From: an uncultured bacterium
GTDB taxonomy: Bacteria > Armatimonadota > JACIXR01
DNA: 64,000 nt
Direction: 5' to 3'
NCBI GenBank assembly: GCA_938041455.1
Contig: CALITO010000021.1
Location: 11,909-75,908 of the forward strand
Under the pieces are notes generated by a model. That model ran no database searches, was not told the origin of the DNA, and saw only the letters and a list, made by a program, of their open reading frames with translations. The position numbers and the translations under genes are program-made. This document shows positions 27,139 to 39,369 of the stretch, piece by piece (positions within the stretch are counted from its first letter, which is position 1; each line of letters opens with the position of its first letter).

Positions 27139-28314
27139 GTGCGTAGCATATGGCTCGTAGCAACAGTTGTTGCGATATCCGCGATAGGAAGTAGTTTAAT
27201 TTTTTTAAAAAGGCACACTCCAACTAAAATAATTTCTCAAGAGGAACCCTTCACCCAACAGCAAGAGCGGGAGATACCCAGAGAAACGGTTTATGTTGTA
27301 AAAGAAGGGGATTCCCTTTGGAGTATAGCTCGCAAATTCGGAGTTTCTCTCCGTGCAATAGCCGAGTTAAACAACATAAGCATTGATAAGATACTGCAAA
27401 TAGGGGATAGACTCCGCATTCCTGCTGAGCTCCCACACAGCTCCTCCAGCCGAAAGGCAGAAGAGCAGGTGAAGCAGATTCCTACGGGAGGGCAGGTTTA
27501 CCAAGTAAGAAGGGGTGATTCTCTCTGGACAATCTCCAGAAAGTTCGAGATAAAGGTGGAGGATATAGCAAGGGTTAATAACATAAGTCTTGACAAACCG
27601 CTTCAAATCGGTGACAAGTTGCTGATTCCAGGAAGCGGGAATAGACAGGTTGCCCAACCCCAGACACCTCACAAAGGGGCAAATAGATTAAAGGTCGTCA
27701 GGGAAGGAGTGCTTGTAAGGAAAGGTCCGGGGACTGTGTATCCTCCCCTGGCTAAATTGAGCAAGGGAAGAGAAATTATATCTCTTGGACAGCAAGGGGA
27801 TTGGCAGAAAGTTTCTCTATCCGAGGGGAAAATAGGTTGGATTAGACGGGATATGCTGGGCTTTACCTTGGCTAAGAAATCCTCAGCGTCGTCTTCTAAA
27901 AACAATTCTTCCTCACGCAGTTCTTCCCCCAAAGGCGGTAGCGGTTCGACCAGCGTAGTCAAAACAGCGCTTTCCTACCAAGGGACGAGGTATGCTTATG
28001 GAGGGTTATCTTCCCGTGGTTTTGATTGCTCAGGTTTCGTTAAATACATTTACCAAAAGCACGGAATCAATCTTCCTCATAACTCCAAAGCCCAGTTCGA
28101 ATATGGCAAACCTGTTAGCGAAAACGAGCTCCAGCCAGGGGACCTCGTCTTTTTCAGGACGAGGAGGAGCAGGGGGATAAACCATGTAGGCATATATATA
28201 GGAAATGGCAAATTCGTCCATGCCTCCTCAGCCAGGGGCAGGGTCAAGATAGATAGCCTTAACGAGGGTTATTATAAGGACCGTTATATGGGGGCAAGAA
28301 GGGTCAAATTTTAG
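27139..28314 (+). CDS. Peptidoglycan endopeptidase: TM/signal, 2x LysM, SH3b, NlpC/P60
   Basis: YVVKEGDSLWSIA, YQVRRGDSLWTIS, VRKGPGT...GWI, GFDCSGF, HVGIY, FVHAS. Confidence 0.93.
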   Translation: MRSIWLVATVVAISAIGSSLIFLKRHTPTKIISQEEPFTQQQEREIPRETVYVVKEGDSLWSIARKFGVSLRAIAELNNISIDKILQIGDRLRIPAELPHSSSSRKAEEQVKQIPTGGQVYQVRRGDSLWTISRKFEIKVEDIARVNNISLDKPLQIGDKLLIPGSGNRQVAQPQTPHKGANRLKVVREGVLVRKGPGTVYPPLAKLSKGREIISLGQQGDWQKVSLSEGKIGWIRRDMLGFTLAKKSSASSSKNNSSSRSSSPKGGSGSTSVVKTALSYQGTRYAYGGLSSRGFDCSGFVKYIYQKHGINLPHNSKAQFEYGKPVSENELQPGDLVFFRTRRSRGINHVGIYIGNGKFVHASSARGRVKIDSLNEGYYKDRYMGARRVKF

Positions 28315-28419
28315 CCCTGGTTGGCTTACTCACACTCCACTTTGCTTTAGGGACGACGGTGCTCCTCATCTGTTGACGGATTCATAATCTTCCTTTATTC
28401 TTATAAACGGGAATGAGGA

Positions 28420-29706
28420 ATGAGAAAATATACTATTTTATTATCGTTCATTCTATTAGGGTGTTTAGCTCTCCCGCAGGCGCCTATTTATCTCCTTAAG
28501 GTGGAGGGGGCGATAACCCCTGCTGTTAGTAGGTATATCACGAGGGTGATAAATGAAGCAATAGTAGATGGCGCACAGGCGGTGATAATGGAGATGGATA
28601 CCCCGGGTGGACTTGACAAGAGTATGAGAGATATCGTCCAAAAGGAATTGTCCGCTCCCATTCCCATCATCGCTTATGTTTCCCCTCCCGGGGCAAGGGC
28701 TGCTTCTGCAGGAGCCTACATAACTATAGCTGCTGATGTCGCCGTGATGGCACCGGGGACGAACATTGGTGCTGCTACTCCCGTTCAGCTCGGCGGGGTA
28801 CCGGAAGGGGGAACCAGCACGACTATGGAAAGGAAAATCGTCAGCGACGCGGCTGCTTTTATGAAATCTCTTGCCCAAAGGAAAGGAAGAAATGTCCAAT
28901 GGGCGGAGGAAGCGGTCACCAAAGCCCGTTCATCCTTCTCTGAGGAGGCATTAAGGTTGGGAGTTATAGACTTCATAGCTAATGACTTGCAGGACCTCCT
29001 CAACAAGTTGGACGGAAGACAGATCAAAAAGAATGGGGAGACTTACATCCTCCACACAAAGGGCGTGCCTATTTCCCGGCAAGAGATGAACTGGAGGGAG
29101 CGCTTCTTGCAACTTCTCTCGGACCCCAATCTCGCTTACTTACTCCTGATTTTGGCAACCTATGGAATCATCTTTGAACTTAGCAATCCCGGGGCTATTC
29201 TGCCAGGGATTGTGGGGGCAGTAGCCCTTGTCCTTGCCCTCTATTCACTTGCTATTCTTCCTGTTAATTGGGCAGGGTTAGCCCTTATGGCTTTAGGCAT
29301 AGGGTTCCTAATCGCTGAGGTAAAGGCGCCAACTCACGGGCTTTTAGGAGTTGCAGGGGGAATTTCCTTCCTCATAGGTTCAATAATGCTGTTTGAGGAT
29401 GTAAAATATCAGAGAATTTCCCTTAGTTTGATATCCTCTATGAGCATTCTTACCACCCTCTTCTTCCTCTTCGTTATAACGGCGGGTATAAAAGCCCAGT
29501 TCAGGGCAAAGGCGGTGGGAAGGGAGGCGCTTCTCGGCAAGATTGCGGAGGCAAGAAGCGACCTCAATCCCACGGGGCTTGTCTTTTTGGATGGAGAACT
29601 TTGGAAAGCCGAGAGCAGAGAGGGGTTTATAGAGAAAGGAAGCAAGGTGAAAGTTATAGCTATGAAGGGCTTAACCCTTCAAGTAGAGAAAGAAAAGGAG
29701 GTGTAA
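28420..29706 (+). CDS. nfeD: NfeD-family membrane serine protease (ClpP-like, long form)
   Basis: [20 protein letters not shown] block, C-terminal OB fold GELWKA. Confidence 0.92.
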   Translation: MRKYTILLSFILLGCLALPQAPIYLLKVEGAITPAVSRYITRVINEAIVDGAQAVIMEMDTPGGLDKSMRDIVQKELSAPIPIIAYVSPPGARAASAGAYITIAADVAVMAPGTNIGAATPVQLGGVPEGGTSTTMERKIVSDAAAFMKSLAQRKGRNVQWAEEAVTKARSSFSEEALRLGVIDFIANDLQDLLNKLDGRQIKKNGETYILHTKGVPISRQEMNWRERFLQLLSDPNLAYLLLILATYGIIFELSNPGAILPGIVGAVALVLALYSLAILPVNWAGLALMALGIGFLIAEVKAPTHGLLGVAGGISFLIGSIMLFEDVKYQRISLSLISSMSILTTLFFLFVITAGIKAQFRAKAVGREALLGKIAEARSDLNPTGLVFLDGELWKAESREGFIEKGSKVKVIAMKGLTLQVEKEKEV

Positions 29707-29710
29707 AAAT

Positions 29711-32310
<2,600 letters not shown>

Positions 32311-32325
32311 GATCAAAAGGTTCTT

Positions 32326-34500
32326 TTGAATATGAAGACTTTGTGGTTTGTCCTTACTATTGTGGCGTGTGCTTTCCCTCTTGTATTAACTCGTGAGGGG
32401 AGAGATGAGCTTCTGCCAGTTTTGGGGAGAAGGTGTGCCCTTCTCGCGAGGGAAAACGGACAATTTGAGGTTTGGATTTACCCTTTCAAGGCTTTTTATA
32501 ATGGGGAAATTTCCTTCCTGAAAGATGATAGGGAAATTCCTTTTCACCAGATTCGGCGAAAAATTCTTGTTTCTCCTGCCGTTTCCTCAATAATCCTCAG
32601 TGGCGAAGTTGAAGGAAGGATAGACCTACTCTGTTCCCACAAGGAACCACTCTGTCTTCTTCAATTTAATATACAAAGGGATACAGCGCGAAAGCTCCTC
32701 ATAACCTTTGAACCTTCCCTCCAACTGATGTGGCCTGCCTCCACTGAGGGAGAGGTGCGATGGCGTAGGGAAACCCCTAATAAGTTGATTTTTTCACTTC
32801 AGACAAAGGGAAAAGAACTCCAATGCGTTCTCACTTCTAATAAACCTTTAAAATTTAGCGAAGGAAAACTGGAAGTAGATGTGGATGATGGGGGTGTGAG
32901 TATCGCTCTCAGCGGAGGGGTTGATAACCTGGGAGAAGCGCAGTCGCTAATTGGGCGATATCTGGAGAATTATGGTAGATTATTGAAGGAGAATGAAGCG
33001 GTTTACAAGGATTTCTTCAACAAGACAACGGAATTGAAGAGCTCCAATGCTTTATTAAATGAGGCCTTCAACTGGGCTAAGGTCGGCTTGGAGAAATGTT
33101 TTGTGGAAACCTCTTTGGGGAAAGGGTTTGTCGCTGGCTACCATATGGCAGGTCAGGGAAATCGTCCAGGCTTCGCCTGGTTCTTCGGTAGAGACTCCGC
33201 CTGGATGAGTTTTGCTGCACTAAGCATAGGTAGTTTCTCCCAGGTTAAGGAAAACCTAATGTTGCAGAAAAGATATCAAATTAAAGAAGGGGTTAACAAG
33301 GGCAAGATTTATCATGAACTGTCTTTGGCTCACGATTTTGTTCCAGATCCTTCTTATGCCTATCCAGCGGGGGATTCCACGCCCTTTTATGTGATAGTAT
33401 GCGCTGAGTATGCCAAGTGGTCAGGGGATTTGGCTTTCTTGAAGGAGAATTGGGAAAGTATTTTGGAAGCTATGACATGGTGTGAGAGGATGGATGTAGA
33501 TGGGGACCTTTTAATAGACAATCCCCCCGCAGGACATCAGTGGTTTGATTATGGGGAGAAGAATATGATAGACCTCGTAGCTATATGGCAAAAAGCTTTA
33601 GAAGAGGGCGCCTGGATAGCAGAAATCTTGGGGAAAGAGAATTTAAAAGCGAGGTGGAAAGAGAAGGCGAAGAAGGTGAAGGAGATATTGAACCAAGATT
33701 TTTGGAACGAGAAAAGGGGCTATTTCTACGATAGAAAGCTTCCCGATGGCTCTCTTTTAGACCTCGCCACCTGCAATCCCCTCATACCTATGCTTTGGCG
33801 CCAGATTGAAGAGGGGAAAGCGCAAAAAGCGCTTTCCCTCCTAAATTCTCCTTCGTTTACCACTGATTGGGGGGTTAGAACAACCGCCGAAGGAGAAAAG
33901 ATTTACAATCCCCGGGGATATCACGAGGGGAGGGTTTGGCCCCTTGTAACCGGCTGGGCGTCCTGGGCGCAATTCATTAATTGTCATCCGGAGGAAGGCT
34001 ATAAGGCGCTCTTAAGCAATGCTAAAATGACTAGGGACTTCTGTCTCGGTTATATTCCGGAGATTTTAGATGGGGATAGTTATGTGGCCGCAGGCCCCCC
34101 TCTACAAGGTTGGTCTGAGGCTATGGTCATTCTGCCCTTCACAAAGGGCATGTTGGGTTTAGAGCCAAACGCTTTGGAGAAAAAACTTAAATTGCTCCTG
34201 CATATTCCTAAGGATATGGACTTTTTAAAGGTAAATAATCTCAGGATAGGTGAAAGTCGGTGGGACATAGAATGGAGGAAAGTAAGGGATCAGGCAACGC
34301 TCAGCCTCAATAAAAAAGGAGGGGGTGAGTTTTCGCTTAATCTGGAGATCGCCCTAGAAGAATTTAGTGGAGCTCGGGCCCTGGTAGACGGTCAAAGAGC
34401 AGGGCTAAGAAAGTTCGTAAAGCCTTGCGGATATCATACCTCTTTAACCACCCCTTTCAAGGAAAAAGCAGTTATAAGTATCTATTATTCAGCCAAATGA
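32326..34500 (+). CDS. Secreted (alpha/alpha)6 glycoside hydrolase (amylo-1,6-glucosidase/MGH1-like)
   Basis: Signal peptide, WFFGRD, GKIYHE, DSTP, YHEGRVWP, PEILDG, QGWS. Confidence 0.75.
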   Translation: MNMKTLWFVLTIVACAFPLVLTREGRDELLPVLGRRCALLARENGQFEVWIYPFKAFYNGEISFLKDDREIPFHQIRRKILVSPAVSSIILSGEVEGRIDLLCSHKEPLCLLQFNIQRDTARKLLITFEPSLQLMWPASTEGEVRWRRETPNKLIFSLQTKGKELQCVLTSNKPLKFSEGKLEVDVDDGGVSIALSGGVDNLGEAQSLIGRYLENYGRLLKENEAVYKDFFNKTTELKSSNALLNEAFNWAKVGLEKCFVETSLGKGFVAGYHMAGQGNRPGFAWFFGRDSAWMSFAALSIGSFSQVKENLMLQKRYQIKEGVNKGKIYHELSLAHDFVPDPSYAYPAGDSTPFYVIVCAEYAKWSGDLAFLKENWESILEAMTWCERMDVDGDLLIDNPPAGHQWFDYGEKNMIDLVAIWQKALEEGAWIAEILGKENLKARWKEKAKKVKEILNQDFWNEKRGYFYDRKLPDGSLLDLATCNPLIPMLWRQIEEGKAQKALSLLNSPSFTTDWGVRTTAEGEKIYNPRGYHEGRVWPLVTGWASWAQFINCHPEEGYKALLSNAKMTRDFCLGYIPEILDGDSYVAAGPPLQGWSEAMVILPFTKGMLGLEPNALEKKLKLLLHIPKDMDFLKVNNLRIGESRWDIEWRKVRDQATLSLNKKGGGEFSLNLEIALEEFSGARALVDGQRAGLRKFVKPCGYHTSLTTPFKEKAVISIYYSAK

Positions 34501-34513
34501 TGAGAGCGTAGAA

Positions 34514-36448
34514 CTATGGGGTTCCTGGGTTGTAGGCGAAGCCGTGGAAGCCCAAGAGTGCTTGGAGTATAGCCCAAAACCCATTCCCTATTACCTCGCC
34601 CATAATCAACCCCAAGAAAAAAGGGAGAGCTTTTCTGTAAGCCTTAAGTCCGCCAATCCTCAAGGCAGACACCTTGCACAACCAACCTAAAAAGAAGGAG
34701 AACCAGAGGTAATTCATAGTGAGGGTGTTTGCTGCTGCATAGCCGAGGGGATGGAAAGGCCAGAAGGCAAAGCGGAGGCGCATAAAACCGAGAAAGATAG
34801 TGAAGACCATCCCTATCACTGTATAGCCAAAGCGTTGGGGATCGGGTTGAGAAGAAACATTTAACCAGGAGGCGAGTTCTCGGAAGGCCCAGACCCCGCT
34901 TTCCACGCGCCATCTATCAGCCTTTGCCGAGCCTGCCCCGTTGAGGTAGTAGAGATGGAGGGTAGTGGGCACTGCTACCGCTACACAGGCCATTATGGCC
35001 AGCCACACTCCCAATGTTAAAAGCCAGCCTTTCTTTGCCACAGGGTCGCTGAATTTAACTGCTTCTAACTCGGAGGGCATAATATAGCCCCTGCCGTCTA
35101 CTCCCAAAAACTTCAAAGAGGAAAGGATTGTTAAATTTTTCTCGCCTAAACCTTCTACACCCAAAGCAGAAACAGCGATGTTGCTTGGATGGTCAGGGAC
35201 ATGGATCCAGGTAAGTCCCCCCTCTGCTCTCATCCTCGAAAGGACAAGGGAGAATATAAGGAAGATGAGGATAAAGAATAAGGAATACAGGAGGGAAAGC
35301 CCCACCCTTTTAAGCCAAAATAAAAGGATTAAGAGCGATAGAAGAGCTCCAATCAGGGTGGATTTATATGAGAGTGGTTCGGATGAATCGTCCATTTCCT
35401 TTTTACCCAATGCTTTTAGCAAAATATCCCTCAAATGTCCTCTGGCGGTCCAAATCATTAACCCGAAAAGGGCAAGGAACGCGCCGAGGGATTGTTCCTC
35501 CAGCCCGGGAAAGTGAGCCCAGAACCCACTCTCCCTACCCGCGCCGAAGCCCATAGCGGAGCCGAAAACTAACTCCACTTTACCTAAAAGGTAGAAAAAC
35601 CAGCAACTGAAAGCTACTTCAGCGGAGACAAGATAGGCAAGACCCAAAATAGAAGGATAGAGACTCAGTTCAAGCCATTGCATAGCGTTCCAAGGTGGTT
35701 GGGGGAAGAAACGCATCAAATTGTTATGAAGTAGCACTAAAGGGGGGATAGACGGTCTTATATGATATATTCCATAGGATATTTGGGAGAGTAATGCCAG
35801 ACCCATTCCGGTTAAAGTCAAGGGATGCCTTAGGAAAGAGTTGAAGAAATGTCCTTTTTCCGGCTCCCGGAGCATCTCCAAAGGAACGATTACCAGGGGA
35901 AAGGTAAGTTTTTCCCCTTCCACCCACTGTTTACGAAAAATCACTCCTACACACCAGAAGAAAAAATAAAGGGCTAGGCAGAAGATGAGCCAGTTTGCCA
36001 AGGGAAAAACCCAATGACGCCAGGGTATCCTCCCTCCCCCGTCGAAGAACAATCTAATTGCCTCCTCCTCTTGTAAGTATAGATATTGAGGAAGGTAAGG
36101 GAGGAATTTATTCCAATGTAGTTCTATTTGGGAGAAGTATTTTAAATCCCCAATGCTCGGTATAAGGAATTGGACGAGTCCGAAGGAGGAGAAGGGAGCA
36201 GAGACCATTCCCATCACATAGATTGCTATAAGTTCTCCTGAGGAGAGGGCTTTGTGCGGAAGATATTTCCTAATAACGCTATTGATAATAATGATTAAAA
36301 ATAGGATGAACATTACCCCTATGGGTGGTGGGGGAATAGCATAATCACAAGTCCAGTTGAAGACTTCTACGAAGGGACAAAGATAGCCTACGAGAGCGGA
36401 GAGGAGGACACCTAGGAGGAGGGAACGGAAGGTTAACCGAAACCCCAT
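34514..36448 (-). CDS. Polytopic membrane protein, DUF6785/DUF6784 (OPT-like putative transporter)
   Basis: About 16 hydrophobic segments; QWVEGEKLTFPL, RMRAEGG, WPFHPLGY, FFLGLIMGE. Confidence 0.65.
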   Translation of the reverse strand: MGFRLTFRSLLLGVLLSALVGYLCPFVEVFNWTCDYAIPPPPIGVMFILFLIIIINSVIRKYLPHKALSSGELIAIYVMGMVSAPFSSFGLVQFLIPSIGDLKYFSQIELHWNKFLPYLPQYLYLQEEEAIRLFFDGGGRIPWRHWVFPLANWLIFCLALYFFFWCVGVIFRKQWVEGEKLTFPLVIVPLEMLREPEKGHFFNSFLRHPLTLTGMGLALLSQISYGIYHIRPSIPPLVLLHNNLMRFFPQPPWNAMQWLELSLYPSILGLAYLVSAEVAFSCWFFYLLGKVELVFGSAMGFGAGRESGFWAHFPGLEEQSLGAFLALFGLMIWTARGHLRDILLKALGKKEMDDSSEPLSYKSTLIGALLSLLILLFWLKRVGLSLLYSLFFILIFLIFSLVLSRMRAEGGLTWIHVPDHPSNIAVSALGVEGLGEKNLTILSSLKFLGVDGRGYIMPSELEAVKFSDPVAKKGWLLTLGVWLAIMACVAVAVPTTLHLYYLNGAGSAKADRWRVESGVWAFRELASWLNVSSQPDPQRFGYTVIGMVFTIFLGFMRLRFAFWPFHPLGYAAANTLTMNYLWFSFFLGWLCKVSALRIGGLKAYRKALPFFLGLIMGEVIGNGFWAILQALLGFHGFAYNPGTP

Positions 36449-36454
36449 CCTCTT

Positions 36455-36856
36455 TTATCTCTCCAGTTTTTTTAGGAGTTCCCTTATATCTTTCCTTTCA
36501 GGCTCTAACTCCAGAAACCTTTTAAGATAGCCCTTTGCCTCCTCCCACAGTTTGTGTTTAAGGCAGAGTTTACTCAAGAGAAGCAAGGCATCGGCGAACT
36601 CGGGGTCTATTGCTAATACATTCCGCAACTGGGCCATCGCTATCTCATCTTCCCCCTTCATACTGAAAGCTAACGCCAGATTGTAATATATGTCGGGATT
36701 TTTGGGATTGTCTTCCAGTTTCCGTCTAAAATCGTCTATCATCCTGTCAAGGCTTTCCAATCTCCTTTCTTCCTTGGGGGGCTTTAGCCTTGTCCCACAA
36801 TTTGAACAGAAATTATCCTCTTCCCTACATTCTTTGCCACAAACTGGGCACTTCAA
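36455..36856 (-). CDS. Zinc-ribbon plus TPR protein
   Basis: CPVC-x9-FCSNCG followed by TPR helices. Confidence 0.8.
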   Translation of the reverse strand: MKCPVCGKECREEDNFCSNCGTRLKPPKEERRLESLDRMIDDFRRKLEDNPKNPDIYYNLALAFSMKGEDEIAMAQLRNVLAIDPEFADALLLLSKLCLKHKLWEEAKGYLKRFLELEPERKDIRELLKKLER

Positions 36857-38148
36857 GTCTTATCTTCCCCTTTTGGTTTATCTATTATCTGTCCCAATTC
36901 CCTGAGGCGAGCCTGGATTTCCTTCACATCTACCTGTCGAGGGATGATTCCTTTCTGGCTAGCGATTGCACCGGCGATTCCCCCTGCTGTCCCTATTGCT
37001 ATAGATGTTGGTTGGATACGAAGGGAGGCCATAGCCTCCTGGCTTGCGGAGATACATCTTCCCACTACCAAAAGATTGTCCACCCCCTTGGGCAAAAGGG
37101 ACCTATAAGGAATGGAATAAGTAGGAACTTCTCCCCATCGTCCTGTAACCTCTTTTAGATCCTTGCTCTTCTTTTGGTAATGTATATCTATGGGATAATT
37201 ACAGAGGGCTATTCTATCCTCGAACGTCTTTCCCTCTAAGAGGTCTTCTTCTTTCAATATATAATCCCCTATTATTCTCCGCGACTCCCTCACCCCAATG
37301 TGTGGGCCGGAGCTGATGAGCCTTACTTTGAAACCTTTATCAAGGAGTTCTTCCAGTTGCTCTTTAATCTCTTTTCTTCCTTCTATTTCCGCTTCCGTCA
37401 GTTGGAATGGGTCAAGTGGGTTAGCTGGTATCCTCGTTTGATTGGCGAAAACCCTAAAGGGGTCCATTCTCCAAACTGCTCCATAGTTCCGCCAAAGGGG
37501 AGGCCAGCCATTCCTCCACCATAATATATAGCAAAGTGTAAGGGGCATTATCTTGTCCTCGGGCGATATCTCATAGGGGGCTCCTGCGGCAACCGCTATA
37601 TCTGCGTCTCCCGTTGCATCTACGAATACCTTTCCTTTAATTAGCCCGATGCCTACCTCAGGATGATGTATAAGTATAGCCTTTATTCTTTTACTTTCTT
37701 TTACAACACCAAGAGCCCAGGAGTTTAAGAATAAAGAGACCCCGCTTTCCTTACACATCTTGTAGAGAACTACTTTCATAACATCTGGGTCATAAGCGTT
37801 GCCTTTGAGTCCCTGTTTTTCCCGCAATTTCTCCCTGATTTCATCGTATAATCCACCAACTACATCCTGACCCATAAAGAGGGAAACGCCCATAGAGGTG
37901 CCTGCCCCACCAAGGAAATCAAATCTCTCTATTAATATCACCTTAACTCCTTGCCGAGCGGAGGCTATCGCGGCGGCGGAGCCGGCGGGTCCACCCCCGA
38001 TTACCACCACATCGGCTTCCTCCTCAAAAGAAATTTTCAATGGGTGTCCTCTCATCCCACGGGGTTTGGAAAAGGAAGGAAACAAAAGATTTACCTCAGT
38101 CGCTATGGTAAGAGAAGCAAGCAAGGAGAGAAAAAGTGGTATTTTCAA
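36853..38148 (-). CDS. Exported FAD-dependent oxidoreductase (PF12831-like)
   Basis: Signal peptide, DVVVIGGGPAG, DATGDAD, RESRRIIG, YSIPYRSLLP, GRCISA. Confidence 0.85.
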   Translation of the reverse strand: MKIPLFLSLLASLTIATEVNLLFPSFSKPRGMRGHPLKISFEEEADVVVIGGGPAGSAAAIASARQGVKVILIERFDFLGGAGTSMGVSLFMGQDVVGGLYDEIREKLREKQGLKGNAYDPDVMKVVLYKMCKESGVSLFLNSWALGVVKESKRIKAILIHHPEVGIGLIKGKVFVDATGDADIAVAAGAPYEISPEDKIMPLTLCYILWWRNGWPPLWRNYGAVWRMDPFRVFANQTRIPANPLDPFQLTEAEIEGRKEIKEQLEELLDKGFKVRLISSGPHIGVRESRRIIGDYILKEEDLLEGKTFEDRIALCNYPIDIHYQKKSKDLKEVTGRWGEVPTYSIPYRSLLPKGVDNLLVVGRCISASQEAMASLRIQPTSIAIGTAGGIAGAIASQKGIIPRQVDVKEIQARLRELGQIIDKPKGEDKT

Positions 38149-39314
38149 TCTCCGCTCAACTCCTTTCCCAAATCGCTACCTTTCACTGCGTGGGGGGATA
38201 ATCCGCTTTTCAAAGACAGAGCGGATAAAGTGCCCAAAGCTTTTCCTACCTCCCAGGAAAGTCCTATGCTTTCAAGCCAGGCTACCCCCGGGCGGAGGGG
38301 TAACTTGTCCCCAAAGGTGAAGATGAGGTTCCCCAGTTGGCGGGATAAGAAAAATTCCTTATCCAATTCTACTTCCTTGCTCTCCCACTTCTTTATCCCC
38401 AGCTGGGAGTGCATCGCGAAAATCGTGCCCTTCCCCCTGGCTATGGGATGCCTTACCTTTTTACCTTCTACGGCATCGGATAAATAAAGGCTCCTATAAG
38501 TAGGAGGATAGCGAAGGGGAGCGAATGTGCTAAAGGGAGCGGTAGCAAGGGGATGGAAATTATCAACCAGCGTCTCGGTTAATTCTCCGGCTCGTTGAGA
38601 AAATTCTAAGGGGGAGGTTGTGCCTTCCCGCAATAGGAGTAGCCTGCAGTATCTTTCCTCTCTCTGGGGCGATTCCTGATAGAGGAGAAGGGAACGAGGC
38701 AGAGGGGAGATTAAATTTTCTGTAAGGGTTATAAATCCCCTACTTTCTATATAGGGGAAAGGGCGAGAAGTGAGAAGAAAGGGAGAAGTGGCTTGAGCAA
38801 AGGGGGTAGCATCTATGAGTATCCTACATTCTATGGCGAATATTCCTCCTTTACTTATGAAAATTACTCCCTTTACTTTGTTATTTTCGACCATCACATC
38901 AACTGGTTTACACCAGAAAAGGAGAGGAAGACCTTTTTCCTTGCATAAATCCTCAAGAGCGGTTTTGAGCCTTTCAAGATGAGCGAAGTGGTCGTCCAGC
39001 ACTCCTTTCTCATAGAGGAGGGAATGGAGTTCTTCTCCTATATCCATCTTATCCCAACTATAGCTAACCGCCTCATAAGAGGCAGTTAGTGCTCCTCCTA
39101 AAAAACCTTTGTCTTCTACCAGCATAACATCAACAGCATGGGACTTAGCGGAGATAGCAGAGGCTATGCCTGACAAGCTCCCTCCCAAGACGAGTATATC
39201 TACCTTCTTTAAGGTGGGTATTTCTGCACTCATCTTTTCCACGGGCATCCCTTCTTTAGTATTTGTTATTAAGAAAGCCAAAAGTAGGAAGGTAAAAAGG
39301 GGCAATTTTTTCAT
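38145..39314 (-). CDS. Exported, degenerate FAD-dependent oxidoreductase-like protein
   Basis: Signal peptide, DILVLGGSLSG, LGG, IDATP; the RESRR and IPYRSL motifs are absent. Confidence 0.6.
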   Translation of the reverse strand: MKKLPLFTFLLLAFLITNTKEGMPVEKMSAEIPTLKKVDILVLGGSLSGIASAISAKSHAVDVMLVEDKGFLGGALTASYEAVSYSWDKMDIGEELHSLLYEKGVLDDHFAHLERLKTALEDLCKEKGLPLLFWCKPVDVMVENNKVKGVIFISKGGIFAIECRILIDATPFAQATSPFLLTSRPFPYIESRGFITLTENLISPLPRSLLLYQESPQREERYCRLLLLREGTTSPLEFSQRAGELTETLVDNFHPLATAPFSTFAPLRYPPTYRSLYLSDAVEGKKVRHPIARGKGTIFAMHSQLGIKKWESKEVELDKEFFLSRQLGNLIFTFGDKLPLRPGVAWLESIGLSWEVGKALGTLSALSLKSGLSPHAVKGSDLGKELSGD

Positions 39315-39322
39315 ATTAAATA

Positions 39323-39351
39323 ATTATGTTTGATCGAGGATTAGGGGTCAA
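39323..39351 (-). promoter_or_regulatory. sigma70 promoter of the oxidoreductase-TPR-DUF6785 operon
   Basis: TTGACC-N17-CATAAT, 8 nt before ATG. Confidence 0.55.
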
Positions 39352-39369
39352 TGTATTGTATGCTACTTA

